A stretch of DNA of 64,000 nucleotides, from contig OZ244239.1 of the NCBI GenBank assembly GCA_965217115.1, forward strand, positions 1,760,001 through 1,824,000, given 5' to 3'. This DNA is from Bdellovibrionales bacterium (lineage in GTDB: Bacteria; Bdellovibrionota; Bdellovibrionia; Bdellovibrionales; CAYMLA01). Position numbers and translations under genes: made by a program. Under the pieces are notes generated by a model, which saw only the letters and a list, made by a program, of their open reading frames with translations, searched no databases and had not been told where the DNA came from. Below, piece after piece: positions 51,315 through 60,313 of this stretch (position 1 is the stretch's first letter; each line of letters begins with the position of its first letter).

Positions 51315-52078
51315 GTGTGCAAAATAAAAAAGTCATAGGAGTTATTCCCGCTCGTTATGGTTCTACTCGTTTTCCTGGAAAGCCTTTAGCATTAATAAAT
51401 GGCAAACCTCTTTTACAGTGGGTGATCGAAGGAGTGCAGAGCAGTGAGATTATAAAATCATTTATTGTGGCAACAGACGATCAGCGTATTATTCACTTGG
51501 TTGAAGAATTGGGGGGAAATTATAATAATTTAGAAGCAGTTATGACAGATCATGATTTACCGACAGGAACAGATCGAGTGTGGCAAGCAGCTAAAAATAT
51601 TGATTGTGATGTTGTTGTAAACATTCAGGGAGATGAACCTTTAATACGTGGAGACATCATTGATCAGCTCTGCCAGCCTTTTTTGAAAAAAGAAAATTTG
51701 GATATGGCGACATTGGGTCGAGAATTCACAACAGTGGAAGAAGTGGAGTCTGTGAATACGGCAAAAATCGTTTTGAACCAATATGGGGAGGCGGTTTATT
51801 TCAGCCGTTACCCTATTCCCTATTCTCGTGAGAAACTTTCCTCTGACGGAAAACTCGGAGGATGTTTAAAGCATATAGGTATGTATGCTTATAGTAAGAG
51901 TTTTTTACAAAAATTTTGTAAACAAGAACCTGTGGCTATGGAAAAGCTTGAGGGATTAGAACAATTGCGAGCTTTGCACTTAGGAGCTAAAATTGAAGTG
52001 GTTCGTGTAGATTCAGATAGTTGGGGAGTAGATACTCTTGAAGATATAAATAAAATAGAAAATTTAATGTTAACTTAA
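51311..52078 (+). CDS. kdsB: CMP-KDO synthetase
   Basis: IPARYGSTRFPGKPL, TGTDR, NIQGDEP, LEQLRAL. Confidence 0.96.
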   Translation: MSVQNKKVIGVIPARYGSTRFPGKPLALINGKPLLQWVIEGVQSSEIIKSFIVATDDQRIIHLVEELGGNYNNLEAVMTDHDLPTGTDRVWQAAKNIDCDVVVNIQGDEPLIRGDIIDQLCQPFLKKENLDMATLGREFTTVEEVESVNTAKIVLNQYGEAVYFSRYPIPYSREKLSSDGKLGGCLKHIGMYAYSKSFLQKFCKQEPVAMEKLEGLEQLRALHLGAKIEVVRVDSDSWGVDTLEDINKIENLMLT

Positions 52079-52116
52079 TTTTTTAGATTTAACTTGAGAA
52101 AGGGAAAAATTCTACT

Positions 52117-53814
52117 GTGGCTAAAAAAGTGAAAAAAACTATTCAAAAAAAATCGGTAAGAACAAAGAAAGCTTCATCTCGAGCAGTAAAAAATTCTTTG
52201 GAGAGGAAGTTTATCTTTGTGACGGGAGGAGTTGTATCCTCCATAGGTAAAGGTTTGGCGGCGGCGAGTCTAGCAACATTGCTAGAGGCGCGTGGGGTGA
52301 ATGTCACCATGATGAAATGTGACCCCTATATCAATGTGGACCCAGGGACGATGTCTCCTCTGCAACATGGAGAGGTTTATGTCACTGAGGATGGTGCGGA
52401 AACGGATTTGGATTTAGGTCATTATGAGAGATTTACATCGGCTCATTTGAGTCGAGCCAACAGTGTTAGCGCAGGGCAGGTTTATGAGAGTGTGATAGCT
52501 AAAGAGCGCCGTGGGGATTACTTGGGAGGAACAGTGCAGATAATTCCTCATATAACTAACGAGATTAAACGCTGTATTTGCAAGGCAAGCGAAGGGTTTG
52601 AAGTGATCATCGTGGAGATCGGCGGTACGGTAGGAGATATTGAAGGGTTGCCTTTTCTGGAAGCTATTCGACAGATGAGGGTGGATGTTGGTATTGAGAA
52701 TTCGCTTCTTATTCATGTAACCTATGTTCCCTATATAGCTGCGGCGGGAGAGTTGAAAAGTAAGCCTACGCAACATTCGGTTAAAGAGTTACAAAAAATT
52801 GGGTTAATTCCAGATTTTTTAGTTTGTCGCACAGAAAAAAAGATATCTAAAGATATTCGTAATAAAATAGGTCTTTTTTGTAACGTTAAAGTAGAGAATG
52901 TTATTGAGGCTGTAGATGCGACAACTATTTATGATGTGCCTTTGATGATGCACGATCAAGGTTTAGATATAAAAGTAACAAATAGATTGAACCTTAAAGT
53001 GAATAAACCTTCTTTGGCAGCTTGGAAAAAGATGGTCAATACGATTAAGAGCCCAAAAAATTCTCTGACCATTGGAATCATAGGTAAATATGTGGGGTTA
53101 AAGGAGAGCTATAAATCTCTACATGAGTCTCTTGTCCACGGAAGCATAGCTAATGAGGTAGAGATCAATATTGTGTATATAGATTCTGAAAAAATCAATA
53201 AGTCTAATGTGTCTCGTGCTTTAAAAGGTTTGCATGGAGTTCTTGTTCCAGGGGGATTTGGTGAGCGAGGTATTGAGGGAAAAATGATAGCTATAGGTTA
53301 TGCCCGTGAGAAGGAAATTCCATTCTTTGGAATTTGTCTAGGTATGCAGTTGGCTGCTATTGAGTTTGCTCGCAATGTGTGTGGTTTTAAAAAAGCTAAC
53401 AGTCGTGAGTTTTCTAAAACTCTTAAAGGGGAAAAGAGTTTTGTAATTGATTTTATGGAGGAACAAAAATCAGTTAAAGACAAAGGTGGAACTATGCGCT
53501 TAGGAGCTTATCCTTGTCATATTTCAGGAAAAACTCGCTTGTCCTCTATTTACAAAAACAAGGTGATTCATGAACGACATCGCCATCGTTTTGAGTTTAA
53601 TAATGATTATAAAGATATTTTTGCAAAAAATGGTATGTTAGCTTCAGGAATATGTCGAGAGAGAAATTTGGTGGAAGTCTTAGAGGTCAGTAAACATCCT
53701 TGGTTTGTGGGAGTGCAGTTTCATCCGGAGTTCAAATCTCGACCGACACAGCCACACCCATTATTTACTAGTTTTGTTAAAGCATCTTTAGCCAAGAAGA
53801 GAGGGCGTTTATGA
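52117..53814 (+). CDS. pyrG: CTP synthase
   Basis: FVTGGVVSSIGKG, PYINVDPGTMSP, GICLGMQ, QFHPEF. Confidence 0.98.
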   Translation: MAKKVKKTIQKKSVRTKKASSRAVKNSLERKFIFVTGGVVSSIGKGLAAASLATLLEARGVNVTMMKCDPYINVDPGTMSPLQHGEVYVTEDGAETDLDLGHYERFTSAHLSRANSVSAGQVYESVIAKERRGDYLGGTVQIIPHITNEIKRCICKASEGFEVIIVEIGGTVGDIEGLPFLEAIRQMRVDVGIENSLLIHVTYVPYIAAAGELKSKPTQHSVKELQKIGLIPDFLVCRTEKKISKDIRNKIGLFCNVKVENVIEAVDATTIYDVPLMMHDQGLDIKVTNRLNLKVNKPSLAAWKKMVNTIKSPKNSLTIGIIGKYVGLKESYKSLHESLVHGSIANEVEINIVYIDSEKINKSNVSRALKGLHGVLVPGGFGERGIEGKMIAIGYAREKEIPFFGICLGMQLAAIEFARNVCGFKKANSREFSKTLKGEKSFVIDFMEEQKSVKDKGGTMRLGAYPCHISGKTRLSSIYKNKVIHERHRHRFEFNNDYKDIFAKNGMLASGICRERNLVEVLEVSKHPWFVGVQFHPEFKSRPTQPHPLFTSFVKASLAKKRGRL

Positions 53815-54797
53815 AGAGTGAAAATATAAGGAAAGAGGCCATTCGAGTTTTAAAAATGGAGGCCGAGGGGGTTTTGTCTCTTATTGATCGGATTGATGAA
53901 AGCTTTGAAAAATCTGTTGAGATGATTTTAAATTGTAAAGGTAAGATTGTTGTTACAGGAATGGGAAAGTCAGGTCAAATTGGGCGTAAAATTTCCAGTA
54001 CAATGAGTTCGACAGGAACGTCGTCTGTGTTCATGCATCCAGCCGAGAGTGTACATGGAGATCTTGGTGTTATTAGCAATCAGGATCTAGTGATTGCTAT
54101 TAGCAACAGTGGTGAATCGTTGGAGCTTGATTACGTCGTGAAGTATGTTGTGCGTAAAGGAATTTCCTTGATTGCAATGACAGGTAATCCGGAGAGCACT
54201 TTGGGTCGGTCTAGTGATGTGGTTCTTAATATAGGTGTCGAAAAAGAGGCGTGCTCTTTGGGATTAGCTCCAACAACGAGTTCCACGGCGACATTGGCTA
54301 TGGGTGACGCATTGGCGATGACGGTCTTAAAGGCAAAGGGATTTCAAGAATCAGATTATGCTGAATTTCACCCTGGCGGAAGTTTAGGACGTCGCTTGCT
54401 AACACATGTGCAGGATGTAATGCATAGTAAAAGGGCGTTGCCATTAGTCCCTTTAGGGACACCCATGCGCGAGGTTTTTTCACTAATGACCTCTAAAGAG
54501 GTGAGGGGTGTTGCGGGAGTTGTTGATGCTCAAGGAGACTTGATTGGAATTGTCACTGATGGAGATGTGCGTCGGCTATTAGATAAGAAGGAAAATTCTT
54601 TTGATTGCAAGGTTGAAGAGATAATGGGACGTAATCCTAAAACCATCGATGTTCTTGAGATGGCAGAGAAGGCTTTGTTTATGATGGAGCAGTTTAAAAT
54701 ACTTCTTCTCTTTGTTGTGGACGGTAAGTCGTCGCAGCCAAGAAGTCCTGTGGGGATTTTGCATTTGCATGATTTGATTGATTCCAAAATACGGTGA
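53811..54797 (+). CDS. kdsD: Arabinose-5-phosphate isomerase KdsD (SIS + CBS)
   Basis: GMGKSG, HGDLG, APTTS, HPGGSLG, CBS pair. Confidence 0.95.
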   Translation: MKSENIRKEAIRVLKMEAEGVLSLIDRIDESFEKSVEMILNCKGKIVVTGMGKSGQIGRKISSTMSSTGTSSVFMHPAESVHGDLGVISNQDLVIAISNSGESLELDYVVKYVVRKGISLIAMTGNPESTLGRSSDVVLNIGVEKEACSLGLAPTTSSTATLAMGDALAMTVLKAKGFQESDYAEFHPGGSLGRRLLTHVQDVMHSKRALPLVPLGTPMREVFSLMTSKEVRGVAGVVDAQGDLIGIVTDGDVRRLLDKKENSFDCKVEEIMGRNPKTIDVLEMAEKALFMMEQFKILLLFVVDGKSSQPRSPVGILHLHDLIDSKIR

Positions 54798-54817
54798 TTG
54801 ATTTTGGCAGAGAAGGC

Positions 54818-54934
54818 GCTTTTTTAATGGACCTCCATTCTTTAGTTCAGACATGCGTTTGGCAGCGGCGCTCGCCTAAGGCGAGCATCGCACCAAGCCG
54901 AACTCACTAAAGAATAGAGGTCCATGAAAAAAGC
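54818..54934. repeat. 117-bp palindromic element, copy 1
   Basis: 29-bp arms GCTTTTTTAATGGACCTCCATTCTTTAGT / ACTAAAGAATAGAGGTCCATGAAAAAAGC, inner palindrome GCTCGCCT-A-AGGCGAGC. Confidence 0.92.
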
Positions 54935-54979
54935 TCTTTTTGAAAATCGCATGGGACTGGGGACAGCGGGGGGTAGAGA

Positions 54980-55154
54980 GGGAACAGCGAGGGGGACAGC
55001 GAGGGGAACAGCGAGGGGGACAGCGAGGGGGACAGCGAGGGGGACAGCGAGGGGGACAGCGAGGGGGACAGCGAGGGGGACAGCGAAGGGGACAGTGAAG
55101 GGGACAGTGAAGGGGACAGTGAAGGGAACAGTGAAGGGAACAGCGTGGGAACAG
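54980..55154 (+). repeat. G-rich 12/11-bp VNTR, copy 1 (about 14 units)
   Basis: GGGRACAGYGAR units plus an 11-bp GGGAACAGCGT variant. Confidence 0.95.
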
Positions 55155-55404
55155 AAATAATCCTGATTTTACAGGAAAAAATGTTCTTAATGAATGTAAA
55201 GCCAAGTCTGAAGCCTGTAGTCTTGCAAGCACAACGATAATAGGAAGTGGTCTTATTTCTTGTGCCATTAAGAGCACTGCAAGAGTTGAGTAAATCTAAA
55301 ACTCTAGGTAAATAATCAAGCATTCCCCTTTGTAGAACGAAAGCTAGGGATTAACCGCTCAACGCTCCACAACTGGGATAGTTTTTAGCGTGACTCTAAA
55401 AGAA

Positions 55405-55698
55405 TTAGAGACATTCTTCTGGGGTCATCAATTTGTGCGTAAGAAGGAGGAATGATTTTTCCCTTGCATCTTCTTCTGACCTAAAACATCTAGCAAATGC
55501 CTGGCCATCATTAAGAGTAAGGGAAGCATAAACTATGCACGAAGGATCATTAGGTATACTTATATATTTTATCTTACTCTTGCAGATACTCCATTTATCA
55601 ACATCTTCTGATTCACAGCCTCCATTAGATTCAGCTAGGGTGGCTTCTCCAAATGAGAACATTAATCCGAGTACAAGCAGTGATAATGTCTTTTTCAT
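55405..55698 (-). CDS. Small secreted Cys-containing protein (cargo A1)
   Basis: AGGAG SD, signal peptide MKKTLSLLVLGLMFSFGEATLA, 5 Cys; near-identical paralog at 56538. Confidence 0.8.
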   Translation of the reverse strand: MKKTLSLLVLGLMFSFGEATLAESNGGCESEDVDKWSICKSKIKYISIPNDPSCIVYASLTLNDGQAFARCFRSEEDAREKSFLLLTHKLMTPEECL

Positions 55699-55930
55699 TT
55701 TTTTTCTCCTAATAATTGAGTATCGTTCTGTTTCCTTGGGAGATTAATTCTCCTAAATCTGACTGATACCGTTAATTTCTAAGGTTCTAGAGTACATATT
55801 CTATGCCATGGAGAAAATAGCTCAGACATCAATCTATCGGTAGTTGAGCTCTTTTGAGGTGTCTAGCCCCTAGCGTAGATTGTCAGTTTGGAGTTTTAAA
55901 AGAGGTTTTTCCTGGGTTCTTTCCCTTTTT
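55699..55930 (-). promoter_or_regulatory. Conserved ~230-bp leader/promoter block, copy 1 (also 57827-58058, 61357-61588)
   Basis: Near-identical block upstream of A1, B1 and B2. Contains the RBS, a GGAGA-N6-TCTCC hairpin and sigma54-like TGGCATAGAATATGT (55794-55808). Confidence 0.75.
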
Positions 55931-55998
55931 TGTGGATGGGAAATCGTCGCAGCCAAGAGATCTTGTGGGGATTTTGCATTTGTATGATTTGATTGATT
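55931..55998 (+). pseudogene. Duplicated kdsD 3' tail (20-bp deletion at end)
   Basis: VDGKSSQPRDLVGILHLYDLID versus native VDGKSSQPRSPVGILHLHDLID. Confidence 0.85.
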
Positions 55999-56012
55999 TT
56001 GGCAGAGAAGGC

Positions 56013-56129
56013 GCTTTTTTAATGGACCTCCATTCTTTAGTTCAGACATGCGTTTGGCAGCGGTGCTCGCCTAAGGCGAGCATCGCACCAAGCCGAACTC
56101 ACTAAAGAATGGAGGTCCATGAAAAAAGC
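56013..56129. repeat. 117-bp palindromic element, copy 2
   Basis: Near-identical to 54818-54934. Confidence 0.92.
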
Positions 56130-56175
56130 TCTTTTTGAAAATCGCATGGGACTGGGGACAGCGGGGGGTAGAGAG

Positions 56176-56287
56176 GGAACAGCGTGGGAACAGCGAGGGG
56201 GACAGCGAAGGGGACAGCGTGGGGACAGCGAAGGGAACAGCGAAGGGGACAGTGAAGGGGACAGTGAAGGGAACAGCGTGGGAACAG
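56176..56287 (+). repeat. G-rich VNTR, copy 2 (about 9 units)
   Basis: Same unit, with three 11-bp variants. Confidence 0.92.
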
Positions 56288-56537
56288 AAATAGTCCTGAT
56301 TTTACAGAAAAAAATGTTCTTAATGAATGTAAAGCCAAGTCTGAAGCTTGTAGTCTTGCAAGCACAACGATAATAGGAAGTGGTCTTATTTCTTGTGCCG
56401 TTAAGAGCACTGCAAGAGATGAGTAAATCTAAAACTCTAGGTAAATAATCAAGCATTCCCCTTTGTAGAACGAAAGCTAGGGATTAACCGCTCAACGCTC
56501 CACAACTGGGATAGTTTTTAGCGTGACTCTAAAAGAA

Positions 56538-56828
56538 TTAGAGACATTCTTCTGGGGTCATCAATTTGTGCGTAAGGAGGAATGAATTTTCCCTTGCATC
56601 TTCTTCTGACCTAAAACATTTAGCAAATGTCTGGCCATCATTAAGAGTAAGGGAAGCATAAACTATGCACGAAGGATCATTAGGTATACTTATATATTTT
56701 ATCTTACTCTTACAGATACTCCATTTATCAACATCTTCTGATTCACAGCCTCCATTAGATTCAGCTAGGGTGGCTTCTCCAAATGAGAACATTAATCCGA
56801 GTACAAGCAGTGATAATGTCTTTTTCAT
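56538..56828 (-). CDS. Small secreted Cys-containing protein (cargo A2)
   Basis: Paralog of 55405-55698 with 3 amino acid changes and 1 codon deletion. Confidence 0.8.
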   Translation of the reverse strand: MKKTLSLLVLGLMFSFGEATLAESNGGCESEDVDKWSICKSKIKYISIPNDPSCIVYASLTLNDGQTFAKCFRSEEDARENSFLLTHKLMTPEECL

Positions 56829-56916
56829 TTTTTTTCTCCTAATAATTGAGTATCGTTCTGTTTCATAAGTAGGCTATTTAATAATGAACCAATACTCATG
56901 TTCCAATAGATGAAGA

Positions 56917-56947
56917 AGGCAGGTTTTAGATAGTCTAAAACCTGCCT
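56917..56947 (-). terminator. Terminator of cargo B1 (duplicated at 60274-60304)
   Basis: Perfect 14-bp stem AGGCAGGTTTTAGA-TAG-TCTAAAACCTGCCT. Confidence 0.75.
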
Positions 56948-56956
56948 ATGATTATT

Positions 56957-57826
56957 TTATTTTTTCCCTACTCTTGCAGCAGTCTTTTTGGGGTCTATCT
57001 TAGTTTGAGAGTTAGTTTTCTGGTTTACTACATTACGCACAACTCTTCCTTCTCCCTTAGCTAGATTAACTATCTTTTTTATAAGAGAAAGATCTCTAAA
57101 ACGTCGTTTAGCGAGGTGGTCCCGCCCTTCTTCATATAGTTCATTTATAATATTAGCATCAGAGTCACGAAATCTAGTCGATATACTCAGAAATCTCTCT
57201 ATTTGTGCCTCTGTTGGCTTTCCATCCACAAATAATTTGAAATACTCTTTCAATATATGCTCCCATACAGCATCTACTTCAACACGCTTTACACGATCGA
57301 TCTCAGTTAGAGCAGGCCAATTTTTTGGTGTTGTTTTAAACTCCTTCTCAGAATTCGTATTCACCATCACTTCTTGCGCTTCTGCTGCTAATCTATGCAT
57401 AATAAGAAACCTAAGTTTACGAAAGTTATGCGATATATCCAGAAATCTTCCCTTTTGTTCTATGTTTGGCGTTGTCATCAAAAATGATCTGAGATTCTCT
57501 TTCAATATATGCTCCCACCCAGCATCTACTTCAGCACGTCTTACACGATTGATCTTAGTTAGAGCGAGCCACTTTTCTGGTGTTGTTCCCAACTTGCTAA
57601 AGACTTCTTGTGCAAATTCTGACATTGCAGAAGTATAAAGCGCGCTCCCGTGGATATACTTAGCTCTTTCACTTCCGAAGAACGAAGAAAATACTGTTTT
57701 AGCCTCTCTCTCATTTGTTACTAGAACCTTATCTTGACCCTCGCCATATGGTATAGATACAGCTAGGGTGGATTCTCCAAATGAAAACATTAATCCGAGT
57801 ACAAGCAGTGATAATGTCTTTTTCAT
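56957..57826 (-). CDS. Secreted helical-repeat protein (cargo B1)
   Basis: Same signal peptide as A; internal repeat TTPxxWxALTxIxRVxRxEVDAxWEHILKE x2. Confidence 0.8.
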   Translation of the reverse strand: MKKTLSLLVLGLMFSFGESTLAVSIPYGEGQDKVLVTNEREAKTVFSSFFGSERAKYIHGSALYTSAMSEFAQEVFSKLGTTPEKWLALTKINRVRRAEVDAGWEHILKENLRSFLMTTPNIEQKGRFLDISHNFRKLRFLIMHRLAAEAQEVMVNTNSEKEFKTTPKNWPALTEIDRVKRVEVDAVWEHILKEYFKLFVDGKPTEAQIERFLSISTRFRDSDANIINELYEEGRDHLAKRRFRDLSLIKKIVNLAKGEGRVVRNVVNQKTNSQTKIDPKKTAARVGKK

Positions 57827-58058
57827 TTTTTTTCTCCTAATAATTGAGTATTGATCTATTTCCTTGGGAGATTAATTCTCCTAAATCTGACTAATACCGT
57901 TAATTTCTAAGGTTCTAGAGTACATATTCTATGCCATGGAGAAAACAGCTCAGACATCAATCTATCGGTAGTTGAGCTCTTTTGAGGTGTCTAGCCTCTA
58001 GCGTAAATTGTCAGTTTGGAGTTTTAAAAGAGGTTTTTCCTGGGTTCTTTTCCTTTTT

Positions 58059-58140
58059 TGTGGATGGGAAGTCGTCGCAGCCAAGAGATCTTGTGGGGAT
58101 TTTGCATTTGTATGATTTGATTGATTCCAAAATACGGTGA
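58059..58140 (+). pseudogene. Duplicated kdsD 3' tail including stop
   Basis: ...GATTCCAAAATACGGTGA, same as the native end at 54797. Confidence 0.88.
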
Positions 58141-58160
58141 TTGATTTTGGCAGAGAAGGC

Positions 58161-58277
58161 GCTTTTTTAATGGACCTCCATTCTTTAGTTCAGACATGCG
58201 TTTGGCAGCGATGCTCGCCTAAGGCGAGCATCGCACCAAGCCGAACTCACTAAAGAATAGAGGTCCATGAAAAAAGC
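58161..58277. repeat. 117-bp palindromic element, copy 3
   Basis: Inner palindrome is perfect here: GCGATGCTCGCCT-A-AGGCGAGCATCGC. Confidence 0.92.
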
Positions 58278-58322
58278 TCTTTTTGAAAATCGCATGGGAC
58301 TGGGGACAACGGGGGGTAGAGA

Positions 58323-58491
58323 GGGAACAGCGTAGGAACAGCGAAGGGGACAGTGAAGGGAACAGTGAAGGGAACAGCGTGGGAACAGCGAGGGGGACAG
58401 CGAAGGGGACAGCGAAGGGAACAGTGAAGGGAACAGTGAAGGGGACAGCGAAGGGAACAGTGAAGGGAACAGTGAAGGGGACAGCGAAGGG
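58323..58491 (+). repeat. G-rich VNTR, copy 3 (about 14 units)
   Basis: Same unit, different order of variants. Confidence 0.92.
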
Positions 58492-58657
58492 TGATTGATT
58501 TTGGTAGAGAAGGTACTTGTTACTTTAGTTACAAATATAGTGATCTCGAAGAGTATTGTTGAAAATGAGTTGACAAGTAATCGAGGTAGTTAGGAAAAGG
58601 GAACCCGCACATTCTCTATTGAACAAGTTCTGAACAAAGCCTCTAAACTACCGTATT

Positions 58658-60202
58658 TTAAGTTTCATTGAGAATATTTAATAGGATCTTTTTTTCAAAG
58701 CCGAATATATAAAATCTATGAAGCATTTTAAGGTAATCTTTTGATTGTTCTTTCTCCAAGGCCATTACCTTAAAAGAGTTAAACACATCTAAGAAATTCT
58801 TAGAGGCATTTATATCATCAAAAATATTTTTTAATATTGGGTATTGAGAAATTTTATCTACGTTGTTGAATTCATTTAAACCTGTTTTAGAAACTGCTGT
58901 TGATAAATATTCATACTCATTTTTATAAAATTTTACAATTTCATCTAATGTGTGTAAAAAAGATTGTTCAAATAAAATCAATTCTTGACGTAGTTCTTCC
59001 GTAGCTACTGTATTTCCTGACTTCTCTCCTAGCTCAATCTTTGCTTTAGTCGATTGAATTATGGATTCTAAGATAAACAGTGTCTCAAAATGTATAGACA
59101 TTATTTTATTTTCTGATTTTGAATTTTTTGGATAATGAAGCATTGGTGGCATAGGTTGATTTTTTTTAATAACAGTACTTGCTATTCTAATAACCTGTTT
59201 TCTTACCTTAAACCCGAAACCCTTAGTGTCGTGTCCAATTCTCCAAAACGCATGCCTAGTTGATTTAATTCCCCTTGTAATTTGATTCTTATATTCGTGA
59301 GGTATAAATAGAGATAAAACTCCACCAGAAACTCCAAACATCATACCTGCAATAGTGCCAGCTCCAGGAAACAATGTCGTTCCAACAACTCCAGCTGTAA
59401 CCATAGAAGTCACTAAAGTAACAAACTCACCAGTGGCAATTCTCTTTCTCCAAGCATTATACAGCCAAAGATTTCTTAATTCATGATTATGCCAAAGAAT
59501 CTTCATCATATTATTAAACACGACCTTAAGAACTCTCCAGTCATCTGCGGAATCAGCTGTGTGTAAAAAAATGCCATATTTAAGTGATCTTCCCAGCAAT
59601 GTCCCTAGCCCTTGAGCTTTCTGATAATCTGATTCATCTTCAATAAGCTCTACTGCCTCAGTATATAATTGCCCACCTAACTCCCAGCCAATAAAAGTGA
59701 CAAAAGTACTAATTCCTGCTTGTAAAAATTTTTTAAGCATTCCATTGGATGTTCCATTTTGTATCAGTGAATTGATAATTTGCAGTGGTTTTGCTGATAT
59801 TCCAGAGACCACTCCAGCTCCGATCAAACTACTCCATATTTCACCAGAATTGACAACATGTCCTGCCGCTTCTTTAATATGAGAAGCAAGAAGGTCCTTA
59901 TCAATTGTTTCAAGTGTTAAATTTGATTGTTCGACATGTTGTCTCACTAAATCAACACCAGTTAATATCATAATAAGCAATATGGCTTGGCCTTGATGGG
60001 CTAACACATTATTTGTATATCTGTTGCTCGCTCTTGTAGATTTACGAGCGGCCTTCTTAGTGAACCTTGCTGCTCTCCAACCACCATAATTCAGAGTAAT
60101 TTTTTCAAGAAAACTTTGACCCTTAGTTGGTGTGTGAATTTGAGCTTGGGACTGATGAGACAGTAAGGTAATAAAAATAAGTATCTTTATAATTATGTTC
60201 AT
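58658..60202 (-). CDS. Secreted/membrane hypothetical protein with glycine-zipper hairpin (cargo C)
   Basis: GAGGGG SD, signal peptide, several hydrophobic helices, TAGVVGTTLFPGAGTIAGMMFGVSGGVLS. Confidence 0.8.
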   Translation of the reverse strand: MNIIIKILIFITLLSHQSQAQIHTPTKGQSFLEKITLNYGGWRAARFTKKAARKSTRASNRYTNNVLAHQGQAILLIMILTGVDLVRQHVEQSNLTLETIDKDLLASHIKEAAGHVVNSGEIWSSLIGAGVVSGISAKPLQIINSLIQNGTSNGMLKKFLQAGISTFVTFIGWELGGQLYTEAVELIEDESDYQKAQGLGTLLGRSLKYGIFLHTADSADDWRVLKVVFNNMMKILWHNHELRNLWLYNAWRKRIATGEFVTLVTSMVTAGVVGTTLFPGAGTIAGMMFGVSGGVLSLFIPHEYKNQITRGIKSTRHAFWRIGHDTKGFGFKVRKQVIRIASTVIKKNQPMPPMLHYPKNSKSENKIMSIHFETLFILESIIQSTKAKIELGEKSGNTVATEELRQELILFEQSFLHTLDEIVKFYKNEYEYLSTAVSKTGLNEFNNVDKISQYPILKNIFDDINASKNFLDVFNSFKVMALEKEQSKDYLKMLHRFYIFGFEKKILLNILNET

Positions 60203-60313
60203 TTTTTATCCCCTCAATTTCATAAGTAGGCTATTTAATAATGAACCAATACTCATGTTCCAATAGATGAAGAAGGCAGGTTTTAGATAGTCTAAAACCT
60301 GCCTATGATTATT

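Noticed and set aside
54980..55154. CRISPR array interpretation of the short repeats
   Set aside because: Units are contiguous 11-12-bp repeats without unique spacers, and there are no cas genes.
54876..56456. Low-complexity ORFs across the VNTRs (SPSL, CPPR, GTAR repeats) and ORF 55854-56105
   Set aside because: These are by-products of a stop-free repeat and the duplicated kdsD tail; frames are not conserved between copies.
55405..56828. Diversity-generating retroelement (TR/VR pair) for A1/A2 or B1/B2
   Set aside because: Differences are not confined to adenines of one template, they include indels, and no reverse transcriptase is present.
57218..57236. Inverted match (TTTGTGGATGG) between the B genes and the kdsD-tail junction
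   Set aside because: Only 11 exact bases, and both encode FVDGK; plausibly coincidental, with no sign of inversion.
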